Of a DNA stretch of 64,000 nt, positions 36,101 to 51,100 are shown piece by piece (positions within the stretch are counted from its first letter, which is position 1; each line of letters begins with the position of its first letter). The stretch lies in NCBI GenBank assembly GCA_030390025.1, contig CM059438.1, positions 67,830,001 through 67,894,000 of the forward strand, read 5' to 3'. The DNA is from Squalus acanthias. Lineage: Eukaryota. The notes under the pieces were generated by a model. The model ran no database searches. It had not been told where the DNA came from and saw only the letters and a list, made by a program, of their open reading frames with translations. The position numbers and the translations under genes were made by a program.

Positions 36101-39100
36101 ACAGAGAGTGGAGAGAGTCAGTTCAAACTGTCACAGGACAGAGAGTGGAGAGAGTGTCAGTTCAAACAGTAACAGGACAGAGAGTGGAGAGAGTGTCAGC
36201 TTAAAATGTCACAGGACAGAGAGTGGAGAGAGTGTCAGCTTAAAATGTCACAGGACAGAGAGTGGAGAGAGTGTCAGTTCAAACAGTCACAGGACAGAGA
36301 GTGGAGAGAGTCAGTTCAAACTGTCACAGGACAGAGAGTGGAGAGTGTCAGTTCAAACAGTCACAGGACAGAGAGTGGAGAGTGTCAGTTCAAACAGTCA
36401 CAGGACAGAGAGTGGAGAGAGTGTCAGCTTAAACTGTCACAGGACAGAGAGTGGAGAGAGTCAGTTCAAACAGTCACAGGACAGAGAGTGGAGAGTGTGT
36501 CAGCTTAAACTGTCACAGGACAGAGAGTGGAGAGAGTCAGTTCAAACTGTCACAGGACAGAGAGTGGAGAGTGTCAGTTGAAACTGTCACAGGTCAGAGA
36601 GTGGAGAGAGTCAGTTCAAACTGTCACAGGACAGAGAGTGGAGAGAGTGTCAGCTTAAACTTTCACAGGACAGAGAGTGGAGAGTGTCAGTTCAAACAGT
36701 CACAGGACAGAGAGTGGAGAGAGTGTCAGCTTAAACTGTCACAGGACAGAGAGTGAGAGAGAGTCAGTTCAAACAGTCACAGGACAGAGAGTGGAGAGAG
36801 TGTCAGCTTAAACTGTCACAGGACAGAGAGTGAGAGAGAGTCAGTTCAAACTGTCACAGGACAGAGAGTGGAGAGAGTGTCAGTTCAAACAGTCACAGGA
36901 CAGAGAGTGGAGAGTGTCAGTTCAAACAGTCACAGGACAGAGAGTGGAGAGAGTCAGTTCAAACAGTCACAGGACAGAGAGTGGAGAGAGTGTCAACTTG
37001 AACTGTCACAGGCAAGAGAGTGGAGAGTGTCAGTTCAAACTGTCACAGGACAGAGAGTGGAGAGTGTCAGTTCAAACAGTCACAGGACAGAGAGTGGAGA
37101 GAGTGTCAACTTGAACTGTCACAGGCAAGAGAGTGGAGAGTGTCAGTTCAAACTGTCACAGGACAGAGAGTGGAGAGTGTCAGTTCAAAATGTCACAGGA
37201 CAGAGAGTGGAGAGAGTGTCAACTTGAACTGTCACAGGCAAGAGAGTGGAGAGTGTCAGTTCAAACTGTCACAGGACAGAGAGTGCAGAGTGTCAGTTCA
37301 AAATGTCACAGGACAGAGAGTGGAGAGAGTGTCAGTTCAAACAGTCACAGGACAGAGAGTGGAGAGAGTCAGTTCAAACTGTCACAGGACAGAGAGTGGA
37401 GAGAGTGTCAGTTCAAACAGTCACAGGACAGAGAGTGGAGAGAGTGTCAGCTTAAAATGTCACAGGACAGAGAGTGGAGAGAGTGTCAGTTCAAACAGTC
37501 ACAGGACAGAGAGTGGAGAGAGTCAGTTCAAACTGTCACAGGACAGAGAGTGGAGAGAGTCAGTTCAAACTGTCACAGGACAGAGAGTGGAGAGTGTCAG
37601 CTTAAACTGTCACAGGACAGAGAGTGGAGAGTGTCAGTTCAAACAGTCACAGGACAGAGAGGGGAGAGAGTGTCAGTTCAAACAGTCAATGGACAGAGAG
37701 TGGAGAGTGTCAGTTCAAACAGTCACAGGACAGAGAGTGGAGAGAGTGTCAGCTTAAACTGTCACAGGACAGAGAGTGAGAGAGAGTCAGTTCAAACTGT
37801 CACAGGACAGAGAGTGGAGAGTGTCAGTTCAAACAGTCACAGGACAGAGAGTGGAGAGTGTCAGTTCAAAGAGTCACAGGACAGAGAGTGGAGAGAGTGT
37901 CAGCTTAAACAGTCACAGGACAGAGAGTGGAGAGTGTGTCAGCTTAAACTGTCACAGGACAGAGAGTGGAGAGAGTCAGTTCAAACAGTCACAGGACAGA
38001 GAGTGGAGAGAGTGTCAGCTTAAACTGTCACAGGACAGAGAGTGGAGAGAGTCAGTTCAAACAGTCACAGGACAGAGAGTGGAGAGTGTGTCAGCTTAAA
38101 CTGTCACAGGACAGAGAAGGAGAGAGTGTCAGTTCAAACAGTCACAGGACAGAGAGTGGAGAGTGTCAGTTCAAACAGTCACAGGACAGAGAGTGGAGAG
38201 TGTCAGTTCAAAGAGTCACAGGACAGAGAGTGGAGAGAGTGTCAGCTTGAACTGTCACAGGCAAGAGAGTGGAGAGAATCAGTTCAAACAGTCACAGGAC
38301 AGAGAGTGGAGAGTGTCAGTTCAAACAGTCACAGGACAGAGAGTGGAGAGAGTGTCAACTTGAACTGTCACAGGCAAGAGAGTGGAGAGTGTCAGTTCAA
38401 ACTGTCACAGGACAGAGAGTGCAGAGTGTCAGTTCAAAATGTCACAGGACAGAGAGTGGAGAGAGTGTCAGTTCAAACAGTCACAGGACAGAGAGTGGAG
38501 AGAGTCAGTTCAAACTGTCACAGGACAGAGAGTGGAGAGAGTGTCAGTTCAAACAGTAACAGGACAGAGAGTGGAGAGAGTGTCAGCTTAAAATGTCACA
38601 GGACAGAGAGTGGAGAGAGTGTCAGTTCAAACAGTCACAGGACAGAGAGTGGAGAGAGTCAGTTCAAACTGTCACAGGACAGAGAGTGGAGAGTGTCAGT
38701 TCAAACAGTCACAGGACAGAGAGTGGAGAGTGTAAGTTCAAACAGTCACAGGACAGAGAGTGGAGAGAGTGTCAGCTTAAACTGTCACAGGACAGAGAGT
38801 GGAGAGTGTCAGTTCAAACAGTCACAGGACAGAGAGTGGAGAGAGTCAGTTCAAACTGTCACAGGACAGAGAGTGGAGAGAGTGTCAGCTTAAACTGTCA
38901 CAGGACAGAGAGTGGAGAGAGTCAGTTCAAACAGTCACAGGACAGAGAGTGGAGAGTGTGTCAGCTTAAACTGTCACAGGACAGAGAGTGGAGAGAGTCA
39001 GTTCAAACTGTCACAGGACAGAGAGTGGAGAGTGTCAGTTGAAACTGTCACAGGTCAGAGAGTGGAGAGAGTCAGTTCAAACTGTCACAGGACAGAGAGT

Positions 39101-42100
39101 GGAGAGAGTGTCAGCTTAAACTTTCACAGGACAGAGAGTGGAGAGAGTCAGTTCAAACAGTCACAGGACAGAGAGTGGAGAGAGTGTCAGCTTAAACTGT
39201 CACAGGACAGAGAGTGAGAGAGAGTCAGTTCAAACAGTCACAGGACAGAGAGTGGAGAGAGTGTCAGCTTAAACTGTCACAGGACAGAGAGTGAGAGAGA
39301 GTCAGTTCAAACTGTCACAGGACAGAGAGTGGAGAGAGTGTCAGTTCAAACAGTCACAGGACAGAGAGTGGAGAGTGTCAGTTCAAACAGTCACAGGACA
39401 GAGAGTGGAGAGAGTCAGTTCAAACAGTCACAGGACAGAGAGTGAAGAGAGTGTCAACTTGAACTGTCACAGGCAAGAGAGTGGAGAGTGTCAGTTCAAA
39501 CTGTCACAGGACAGAGAGTGGAGAGTGTCAGTTCAAAATGTCACAGGACAGAGAGTGGAGAGAGTGTCAACTTGAACTGTCACAGGCAAGAGAGTGGAGA
39601 GTGTCAGTTCAAACTGTCACAGGACAGAGAGTGCAGAGTGTCAGTTCAAAATGTCACAGGACAGAGAGTGGAGAGAGTGTCAGTTCAAACAGTCACAGGA
39701 CAGAGAGTGGAGAGAGTCAGTTCAAACTGTCACAGGACAGAGAGTGGAGAGAGTGTCAGTTCAAACAGTCACAGGACAGAGAGTGGAGAGAGTGTCAGCT
39801 TAAAATGTCACAGGACAGAGAGTGGAGAGAGTGTCAGTTCAAACAGTCACAGGACAGAGAGTGGAGAGAGTCAGTTCAAACTGTCACAGGACAGAGAGTG
39901 GAGAGAGTCAGTTCAAACTGTCACAGGACAGAGAGTGGAGAGTGTCAGCTTAAACTGTCACAGGACAGAGAGTGGAGAGTGACAGTTCAAACAGTCACAG
40001 GACAGAGAGGGGAGAGAGTGTCAGTTCAAACAGTCAATGGACAGAGAGTGGAGAGTGTCAGTTCAAACAGTCACAGGACAGAGAGTGGAGAGAGTGTCAG
40101 CTTAAACTGTCACAGGACAGAGAGTGAGAGAGAGTCAGTTCAAACTGTCACAGGACAGAGAGTGGAGAGTGTCAGTTCAAACAGTCACAGGACAGAGAGT
40201 GGAGAGTGTCAGTTCAAAGAGTCACAGGACAGAGAGTGGAGAGAGTGTCAGCTTAAACAGTCACAGGACAGAGAGTGGAGAGTGTGTCAGCTTGAACTGT
40301 CACAGGACAGAGAGTGGAGAGAGTCAGTTCAAACAGTCACAGGACAGAGAGTGGAGAGAGTGTCAGCTTAAACTGTCACAGGACAGAGAGTGGAGAGAGT
40401 CAGTTCAAACAGTCACAGGACAGAGAGTGGAGAGTGTGTCAGCTTAAACTGTCACAGGACAGAGAAGGAGAGAGTGTCAGTTCAAACAGTCACAGGACAG
40501 AGAGTGGAGAGTGTCAGTTCAAACAGTCACAGGACAGAGAGTGGAGAGTGTCAGTTCAAAGAGTCACAGGACAGAGAGTGGAGAGAGTGTCAGCTTGAAC
40601 TGTCACAGGCAAGAGAGTGGAGAGAATCAGTTCAAACAGTCACAGGACAGAGAGTGGAGAGCGTGTCAGCTTAAACTGTCACAGGACAGAGAGTGGAGAG
40701 AGTCAGTTCAAACAGTCACAGGACAGAGAGTGGAGAGTGTCAGTTCAAACAGTCACAGGACAGAGAGTGGAGAGTGTGTCAGCTTAAACTGTCACAGGAC
40801 AGAGAGTGGAGAGAGTCAGTTCAAACTGTCACAGGACAGAGAGTGGAGAGTGTCAGTTGAAACTGTCACAGGACGGAGAGTGGAGAGAGTCAGTTCAAAC
40901 TGTCACAGGACAGAGAGTGGAGAGAGTGTCAGCTTAAACTGTCACAGGACAGAGAGTGGAGAGTGTCAGTTCAAACAGTCACAGGACAGAGTGTGGAGAG
41001 TGTCAGCTTAAACTGTCACAGGACAGAGAGTGGAGCGAGTCAGTTCAAACTGTCACAGGACAGAGAGTGGAGAGTGTGTCAGCTTAAACTTTCACAGGAC
41101 AGAGAGTGGAGAGTGTCAGTTCAAACAGTCACAGGACAGAGAGTGGAGAGAGTGTCAGCTTAAACTATCACAGGTCAGAGAGTGGAGAGAGTGTCAGTTC
41201 AAACTGTCACAGGACAGAGTGTGGAGAGAGTGTCAGCTTAAACTGTCACAGGACAGAGAGTGGAGCGTTTCAGTTCAAACTGTCACAGGACAGAGAGTGG
41301 AGAGAGTCAGTTCAAACTGTCACAGGACAGAGAGTGGAGAGAGTCAGTTCAAACTGTCACAGGACAGAGAAGGAGAGAGTGTCAGTTCAAACAGTCACAG
41401 GACAGAGAGTGGAGAGTGTCAGTTCAAACTGTCACAGGACAGAGAGTGCAGAGTGTCAGTTCAAAATGTCACAGGACAGAGAGTGCAGAGTGTCAGTTCA
41501 AACAGTCACAGGACAGAGAGTGGAGAGTGTCAGTTCAAACTGTCACAGGACAGAGAGTGCAGAGTGTCAGTTCAAAATGTCACAGGACAGAGAGTGGAGA
41601 GAGTGTCAGTTCAAACAGTCACAGGACAGAGAGTGGAGAGTGTCAGTTCAAACTGTCACAGGACAGAGAGTGGAGAGAGTGTCAGTTCAAACAGTCACAG
41701 GACAGAGAGTGGAGAGTGTCAGTTCAAACAGTCACAGGACAGAGAGTGGAGAGTGTCAGTTCAAAGAGTCACAGGACAGAGAGTGGAGAGAGTGTCAACT
41801 TGAACTGTCACAGGCAAGAGAGTGGAGAGTGTCAGTTCAAACTGTCACAGGACAGAGAGTGGAGAGAGTGTCAGCTTAAACTGTCACAGGACAGAGAGTG
41901 GAGAGAGTGTCAGCTTAAAATGTCACAGGACAGAGAGTGGAGAGAGTGTCAGTTCAAACAGTCACAGGACAGAGAGTGGAGAGAGTCAGTTCAAACTGTC
42001 ACAGGACAGAGAGTGGAGAGAGTGTCAGCTTAAACTGTCACAGGACAGAGAGTGGAGAGAGTCAGTTCAAACAGTCACAGGACAGAGAGTGGAAAGTGTC

Positions 42101-45100
42101 AGTTCATACAGTCACAGGACAGAGAGTGGAGAGTGTGTCAGCTTAAACTGTCACAGGACAGAGAGTGGAGAGAGTCAGTTCAAACTGTCACAGGACAGAG
42201 AGTGGAGAGTGTCAGTTGAAACTGTCACAGGACGGAGAGTGGAGAGAGTCAGTTCAAACTGTCACAGGACAGAGAGTGGAGAGAGTGTCAGCTTAAACTG
42301 TCACAGGACAGAGAGTGGAGAGTGTCAGTTCAAACAGTCACAGGACAGAGTGTGGAGAGTGTCAGCTTAAACTGTCACAGGACAGAGAGTGGAGCGAGTC
42401 AGTTCAAACTGTCACAGGACAGAGAGTGGAGAGTGTGTCAGCTTAAACTTTCACAGGACAGAGAGTGGAGAGTGTCAGTTCAAACAGTCACAGGACAGAG
42501 AGTGGAGAGAGTGTCAGCTTAAACTATCACAGGTCAGAGAGTGGAGAGAGTGTCAGTTCAAACTGTCACAGGACAGAGTGTGGAGAGAGTGTCAGCTTAA
42601 ACTGTCACAGGACAGAGAGTGGAGCGTTTCAGTTCAAACTGTCACAGGACAGAGAGTGGAGAGAGTCAGTTCAAACTGTCACAGGACAGAGAGTGGAGAG
42701 AGTCAGTTCAAACTGTCACAGGACAGAGAAGGAGAGAGTGTCAGTTCAAACAGTCACAGGACAGAGAGTGGAGAGTGTCAGTTCAAACTGTCACAGGACA
42801 GAGAGTGCAGAGTGTCAGTTCAAAATGTCACAGGACAGAGAGTGCAGAGTGTCAGTTCAAACAGTCACAGGACAGAGAGTGGAGAGTGTCAGTTCAAACT
42901 GTCACAGGACAGAGAGTGCAGAGTGTCAGTTCAAAATGTCACAGGACAGAGAGTGGAGAGAGTGTCAGTTCAAACAGTCACAGGACAGAGAGTGGAGAGT
43001 GTCAGTTCAAACAGTCACAGGACAGAGAGTGGAGAGAGTGTCAGCTTAAACTGTCACAGGACAGAGAGTGAGAGAGAGTCAGTTCAAACTGTCACAGGAC
43101 AGAGAGTGGAGAGAGTGTCAGTTCAAACAGTCACAGGACAGAGAGTGGAGAGTGTCAGTTCAAACAGTCACAGGACAGAGAGTGGAGAGTGTCAGTTCAA
43201 AGAGTCACAGGACAGAGAGTGGAGAGAGTGTCAACTTGAACTGTCACAGGCAAGAGAGTGGAGAGAGTGTCAGCTTAAACTGTCACAGGACAGAGAGTGG
43301 AGAGAGTGTCAGCTTAAAATGTCACAGGACAGAGAGTGGAGAGAGTGTCAGTTCAAACAGTCACAGGACAGAGAGTGGAGAGAGTCAGTTCAAACTGTCA
43401 CAGGACAGAGAGTGGAGAGAGTCAGTTCAAACTGTCACAGGAAAGAGAGTGGAGAGTGTCAGCTTAAACTGTCACAGGACAGAGCGTGGAGAGTGTCAGT
43501 TCAAACAGTCACAGGACAGAGAGGGGAGAGAGTGTCAGTTCAAACAGTCACAGGACAGAGAGTGGAGGGAGTGTCAGTTCAAACAGTCACAGGACAGAGA
43601 GTGGAGAGTGTCCGTTCAAAGAGTCACAGGACAGAGAGTGGAGAGAGTGTCAGCTTGAACTGTCACAGGCAAGAGAGTGGAGAGAATCAGTTCAAACAGT
43701 CACAGGACAGAGAGTGGAGAGAGTGTCAGCTTAAACTGTCACAGGACAGAGAGTGGAGAGAGTCAGTTCAAACAGTCACAGGACAGAGAGTGGAGAGTGT
43801 GTCAGCTTGAACTGTCACAGGACAGAGAGTGGAGAGAGTCAGTTCAAACTGTCACAGGACAGAGAGTGGAGAGTGTCAGTTCAAACAGTCACAGGACAGA
43901 GAGTGGAGAGTGTGTCAGCTTAAACTGTCACAGGACAGAGAAGGAGAGAGTGTCAGTTCAAACAGTCACAGGACAGAGAGTGGAGAGTGTCAGTTCAAAC
44001 AGTCACAGGACAGAGAGTGGAGAGTGTCAGTTCAAAGAGTCACAGGACAGAGAGTGGAGAGAGTGTCAGCTTGAACTGTCACAGGACAGAGAGTGGAGAG
44101 AGTCAGTTCAAACAGTCACAGGACAGAGAGTGGAGAGTGTGTCAGCTTGAACTGTCACAGGACAGAGAGTGGAGAGAGTCAGTTCAAACTGTCACAGGAC
44201 AGAGAGTGGAGCGTGTCAGTTCAAACAGTCACAGGACAGAGAGTGGAGAGTGTGTCAGCTTAAACTGTCACAGGACAGAGAAGGAGAGAGTGTCAGTTCA
44301 AACAGTCACAGGACAGAGAGTGGAGAGTGTCAGTTCAAACAGTCACAGGACAGAGAGTGGAGAGTGTCAGTTCAAAGAGTCACAGGACAGAGAGTGGAGA
44401 GAGTGTCAGCTTGAACTGTCACAGGCAAGAGAGTGGAGAGAATCAGTTCAAACAGTCACAGGACAGAGAGTGGAGAGAGTGTCAGCTTAAAGTGTCACAG
44501 GACAGAGAGTGGAGAGAGTCAGTTCAAACAGTCACAGGACAGAGAGTGGAGAGAGTGTCAGCTTGAACTGTCACAGGACAGAGAGTGGAGAGAGTCAGTT
44601 CAAACTGTCACAGGACAGAGAGTGGAGAGTGTCAGTTCAAACAGTCACAGGACAGAGAGTGGAGAGTGTGTCAGCTTAAACTGTCACAGGACAGAGAGTG
44701 GAGAGAGTCAGTTCAAACTGTCACAGGACAGAGAGTGGAGAGTGTGTCAGCTTAAACTTTCACAGGACAGAGAGTGGAGAGAGTCAGTTCAAACTGTCAC
44801 AGGACAGAGAGTGGAGAGTGTCAGTTCAAACTGTCACAGGACAGAGAGTGGAGAGAGTGTCAGCTTAAACTGTCACAGGACAGAGAGTGGAGAGTGTCAG
44901 TTCAAACAGTCACAGGACAGAGTGTGGAGAGTGTCAGCTTAAACTGTCACAGGACAGAGAGTGGAGCGAGTCAGTTCAAACTGTCACAGGACAGAGAGTG
45001 GAGAGTGTGTCAGCTTAAACTTTCACAGGACAGAGAGTGGAGAGTGTCAGTTCAAACAGTCACAGGACAGAGAGTGGAGAGAGTGTCAGCTTAAACTATC

Positions 45101-48100
45101 ACAGGTCAGAGAGTGGAGAGAGTGTCAGTTCAAACTGTCACAGGACAGAGTGTGGAGAGAGTGTCAGCTTAAACTGTCACAGGACAGAGAGTGGAGCGTT
45201 TCAGTTCAAACTGTCACAGGACAGAGAGTGGAGAGAGTCAGTTCAAACTGTCACAGGACAGAGAGTGGAGAGAGTCAGTTCAAACTGTCACAGGACAGAG
45301 AAGGAGAGAGTGTCAGTTCAAAGAGTCACAGGACAGAGAGTGGAGAGTGTCAGTTCAAACAGTCACAGGACAGAGAGTGGAGAGAGTGTCAGTTCAAACA
45401 GTCACAGGACAGAGAGTGGAGAGAGTGTCAACTTGAACTGTCACAGGCAAGAGAGTGGAGAGAGTCAGTTCAAACTGTCACAGGACAGAGAGTGGAGAGT
45501 GTCAGTTCAAACTGTCACAGGACAGAGAGTGCAGAGTGTCAGTTCAAAATGTCACAGGACAGAGAGTGGAGAGAGTGTCAGTTCAAACAGTCACAGGACA
45601 GAGAGTGGAGAGTGTCAGTTCAAACAGTCACAGGACAGAGAGTGGAGAGAGTGTCAGCTTAAACTGTCACAGGAAAGAGAGTGGAGAGTGTCAGTTCAAA
45701 CTGTCACAGGACAGAGAGTGGAGAGTGTCAGTTCAAACAGTCACAGGACAGAGAGGGGAGAGAGTGTCAGTTCAAACAGTCACAGGACAGAGAGTGGAGG
45801 GAGTGTCAGTTCAAACAGTCACAGGACAGAGAGTGGAGAGTGTCCGTTCAAAGAGTCACAGGACAGAGAGTGGAGAGAGTGTCAGCTTAAACTGTCACAG
45901 GACAGAGAGTGGAGAGAGTCAGTTCAAACAGTCACAGGACAGAGAGTGGAGAGTGTGTCAGCTTGAACTGTCACAGGACAGAGAGTGGAGAGAGTCAGTT
46001 CAAACTGTCACAGGACAGAGAGTGGAGAGTGTCAGTTCAAACAGTCACAGGACAGAGAGTGGAGAGTGTGTCAGCTTAAACTGTCACAGGACAGAGAAGG
46101 AGAGAGTGTCAGTTCAAACAGTCACAGGACAGAGAGTGGAGAGTGTCAGTTCAAACAGTCACAGGACAGAGAGTGGAGAGAGTCAGTTCAAACAGTCACA
46201 GGACAGAGAGTGGAGAGAGTCAGTTCAAAGAGTCACAGGACAGAGAGTGGAGAGAGTGTCAGCTTGAACTGTCACAGGACAGAGAGTGGAGAGAGTCAGT
46301 TCAAACAGTCACAGGACAGAGAGTGGAGAGTGTGTCAGCTTGAACTGTCACAGGACAGAGAGTGGAGAGAGTCAGTTCAAACTGTCACAGGACAGAGAGT
46401 GGAGCGTGTCAGTTCAAACAGTCACAGGACAGAGAGTGGAGAGTGTCAGTTCAAAATGTCACAGGACAGAGAGTGGAGAGAGTGTCAGTTCAAACAGTCA
46501 CAGGACAGAGAGTGGAGAGAGTCAGTTCAAACTGTCACAGGACAGAGAGTGGAGAGAGTGTCAGTTCAAACAGTCACATGACAGAGAGTGGAGAGAGTGT
46601 CAGCTTAAAATGTCACAGGACAGAGAGTGGAGAGAGTGTCAGTTCAAACAGTCACAGGACAGAGAGTGGAGAGAGTCAGTTCAAACTGTCACAGGACAGA
46701 GAGTGGAGAGAGTCAGTTCAAACTGTCACAGGACAGAGAGTGGAGAGAGTCAGTTCAAACTGTCACAGGACAGAGAGGGGAGAGAGTGTCAGCTTAAACT
46801 GTCACAGGACAGAGAGTGAGAGAGAGTCAGTTCAAACAGTCACAGGACAGAGAGGGGAGAGAGTGTCAGCTTAAACTGTCACAGGACAGAGAGTGGAGAG
46901 AGTCAGTTCAAACAGTCACAGGACAGAGAGTGGAGAGTGTGTCAGCTTAAACTGTCACAGGACAGAGAGTGGAGAGTGTCAGTTCAAACAGTCACAGGAC
47001 AGAGAGGGGAGAGAGTGTCAGCTTAAACTGTCACAGGACAGAGAGTGAGAGAGAGTCAGTTCAAACTGTCACAGGACAGAGAGTGGAGAGTGTCAGTTCA
47101 AACAGTCACAGGACAGAGAGTGGAGAGTGTCAGTTCAAAGAGTCACAGGACAGAGAGTGGAGAGAGTGTCAGCTTAAACAGTCACAGGACAGAGAGTGGA
47201 GAGTGTGTCAGCTTGAACTGTCACAGGACAGAGAGTGGAGAGAGTCAGTTCAAACAGTCACAGGACAGAGAGTGGAGAGAGTGTCAGCTTAAACTGTCAC
47301 AGGACAGAGAGTGGAGAGAGTCAGTTCAAACAGTCACAGGACAGAGAGTGGAGAGTGTGTCAGCTTAAACTGTCACAGGACAGAGAAGGAGAGAGTGTCA
47401 GTTCAAACAGTCACAGGACAGAGAGTGGAGAGTGTCAGTTCAAACAGTCACAGGACAGAGAGTGGAGAGTGTCAGTTCAAAGAGTCACAGGACAGAGAGT
47501 GGAGAGAGTGTCAGCTTGAACTGTCACAGGCAAGAGAGTGGAGAGAATCAGTTCAAACAGTCACAGGACAGAGAGTGGAGAGAGTGTCAGCTTAAACTGT
47601 CACAGGACAGAGAGTGGAGAGAGTCAGTTCAAACAGTCACAGGACAGAGAGTGGAGAGTGTCAGTTCAAACAGTCACAGGACAGAGAGTGGAGAGTGTGT
47701 CAGCTTAAACTGTCACAGGACAGAGAGTGGAGAGAGTCAGTTCAAACTGTCACAGGACAGAGAGTGGAGAGTGTCAGTTGAAACTGTCACAGGACAGAGA
47801 GTGGAGAGAGTCAGTTCAAACTGTCACAGGACAGAGAGTGGAGAGAGTGTCAGCTTAAACTGTCACAGGACAGAGAGTGGAGAGTGTCAGTTCAAACAGT
47901 CACAGGACAGAGTGTGGAGAGTGTCAGCTTAAACTGTCACAGGACAGAGAGTGGAGCGAGTCAGTTCAAACTGTCACAGGACAGAGAGTGGAGAGTGTGT
48001 CAGCTTAAACTTTCACAGGACAGAGAGTGGAGAGTGTCAGTTCAAACAGTCACAGGACAGAGAGTGGAGAGAGTGTCAGCTTAAACTATCACAGGTCAGA

Positions 48101-51100
48101 GAGTGGAGAGAGTGTCAGTTCAAACTGTCACAGGACAGAGTGTGGAGAGAGTGTCAGCTTAAACTGTCACAGGACAGAGAGTGGAGAGAGTGTCAGTTCA
48201 AACTGTCACAGGACAGAGAGTGGAGAGAGTCAGTTCAAACTGTCACAGGACAGAGAGTGGAGAGAGTCAGTTCAAACTGTCACAGGACAGAGAGTGGAGA
48301 GAGTCAGTTCAAACTGTCACAGGACAGAGAAGGAGAGAGTGTCAGTTCAAACAGTCACAGGACAGAGAGTGGAGAGTGTCAGTTCAAACTGTCACAGGAC
48401 AGAGAGTGCAGAGTGTCAGTTCAAAATGTCACAGGACAGAGAGTGCAGAGTGTCAGTTCAAACAGTCACAGGACAGAGAGTGGAGAGTGTCAGTTCAAAC
48501 TGTCACAGGACAGAGAGTGCAGAGTGTCAGTTCAAAATGTCACAGGACAGAGAGTGGAGAGAGTGTCAGTTCAAACAGTCACAGGACAGAGAGTGGAGAG
48601 TGTCAGTTCAAACAGTCACAGGACAGAGAGTGGAGAGAGTGTCAGCTTAAACTGTCACAGGACAGAGAGTGAGAGAGAGTCAGTTCAAACTGTCACAGGA
48701 CAGAGAGTGGAGAGAGTGTCAGTTCAAACAGTCACAGGACAGAGAGTGGAGAGTGTCAGTTCAAACAGTCACAGGACAGAGAGTGGAGAGTGTCAGTTCA
48801 AAGAGTCACAGGACAGAGAGTGGAGAGAGTGTCAACTTGAACTGTCACAGGCAAGAGAGTGGAGAGTGTCAGTTCAAACTGTCACAGGACAGAGAGTGGA
48901 GAGAGTGTCAGCTTAAACTGTCACAGGACAGAGAGTGGAGAGAGTGTCAGCTTAAAATGTCACAGGACAGAGAGTGGAGAGAGTGTCAGTTCAAACAGTC
49001 ACAGGACAGAGAGTGGAGAGAGTCAGTTCAAACTGTCACAGGACAGAGAGTGGAGAGAGTCAGTTCAAACTGTCACAGGAAAGAGAGTGGAGAGTGTCAG
49101 CTTAAACTGTCACAGGACAGAGAGTGGAGAGTGTCAGTTCAAACAGTCACAGGACAGAGAGGGGAGAGAGTGTCAGTTCAAACAGTCACAGGACAGAGAG
49201 TGGAGGGAGTGTCAGTTCAAACAGTCACAGGACAGAGAGTGGAGAGTGTCCGTTCAAAGAGTCACAGGACAGAGAGTGGAGAGAGTGTCAGCTTGAACTG
49301 TCACAGGCAAGAGAGTGGAGAGAATCAGTTCAAACAGTCACAGGACAGAGAGTGGAGAGAGTGTCAGCTTAAACTGTCACAGGACAGAGAGTGGAGAGAG
49401 TCAGTTCAAACAGTCACAGGACAGAGAGTGGAGAGTGTGTCAGCTTGAACTGTCACAGGACAGAGAGTGGAGAGAGTCAGTTCAAACTGTCACAGGACAG
49501 AGAGTGGAGAGAGTGTCAGCTTGAACTGTCACAGGACAGAGAGTGGAGAGAGTCAGTTCAAACAGTCACAGGACAGAGAGTGGAGAGTGTGTCAGCTTGA
49601 ACTGTCACAGGACAGAGAGTGGAGAGAGTCAGTTCAAACTGTCACAGGACAGAGAGTGGAGCGTGTCAGTTCAAACAGTCACAGGACAGAGAGTGGAGAG
49701 TGTGTCAGCTTAAACTGTCACAGGACAGAGAAGGAGAGAGTGTCAGTTCAAACAGTCACAGGACAGAGAGTGGAGAGTGTCAGTTCAAACAGTCACAGGA
49801 CAGAGAGTGGAGAGTGTCAGTTCAAAGAGTCACAGGACAGAGAGTGGAGAGAGTGTCAGCTTGAACTGTCACAGGCAAGAGAGTGGAGAGAATCAGTTCA
49901 AACAGTCACAGGACAGAGAGTGGAGAGAGTGTCAGCTTAAAGTGTCACAGGACAGAGAGTGGAGAGAGTCAGTTCAAACAGTCACAGGACAGAGAGTGGA
50001 GAGTGTGTCAGCTTGAACTGTCACAGGACAGAGAGTGGAGAGAGTCAGTTCAAACTGTCACAGGACAGAGAGTGGAGAGTGTCAGTTCAAACAGTCACAG
50101 GACAGAGAGTGGAGAGTGTGTCAGCTTAAACTGTCACAGGACAGAGAGTGGAGAGAGTCAGTTCAAACTGTCACAGGACAGAGAGTGGAGAGTGTGTCAG
50201 CTTAAACTTTCACAGGACAGAGAGTGGAGAGTGTCAGTTCAAAGAGTCACAGGACAGAGAGTGGAGAGAGTGTCAGCTTAAACAGTCACAGGACAGAGAG
50301 TGGAGAGTGTGTCAGCTTGAACTGTCACAGGACAGAGAGTGGAGAGAGTCAGTTCAAACAGTCACAGGACAGAGAGTGGAGAGAGTGTCAGCTTAAACTG
50401 TCACAGGACAGAGAGTGGAGAGAGTCAGTTCAAACAGTCACAGGACAGAGAGTGGAGAGTGTGTCAGCTTAAACTGTCACAGGACAGAGAAGGAGAGAGT
50501 GTCAGTTCAAACAGTCACAGGACAGAGAGTGGAGAGTGTCAGTTCAAAGAGTCACAGGACAGAGAGTGGAGAGAGTGTCAGCTTGAACTGTCACAGGCAA
50601 GAGAGTGGAGAGAATCAGTTCAAACAGTCACAGGACAGAGAGTGGAGAGAGTGTCAGCTTAAACTGTCACAGGACAGAGAGTGGAGAGAGTCAGTTCAAA
50701 CAGTCACAGGACAGAGAGTGGAGAGTGTCAGTTCAAACAGTCACAGGACAGAGAGTGGAGAGTGTGTCAGCTTAAACTGTCACAGGACAGAGAGTGGAGA
50801 GAGTCAGTTCAAACTGTCACAGGACAGAGAGTGGAGAGTGTCAGTTGAAACTGTCACAGGACAGAGAGTGGAGAGAGTCAGTTCAAACTGTCACAGGACA
50901 GAGAGTGGAGAGAGTGTCAGCTTAAACTGTCACAGGACAGAGAGTGGAGAGTGTCAGTTCAAACAGTCACAGGACAGAGTGTGGAGAGTGTCAGCTTAAA
51001 CTGTCACAGGACAGAGAGTGGAGCGAGTCAGTTCAAACTGTCACAGGACAGAGAGTGGAGAGTGTGTCAGCTTAAACTTTCACAGGACAGAGAGTGGAGA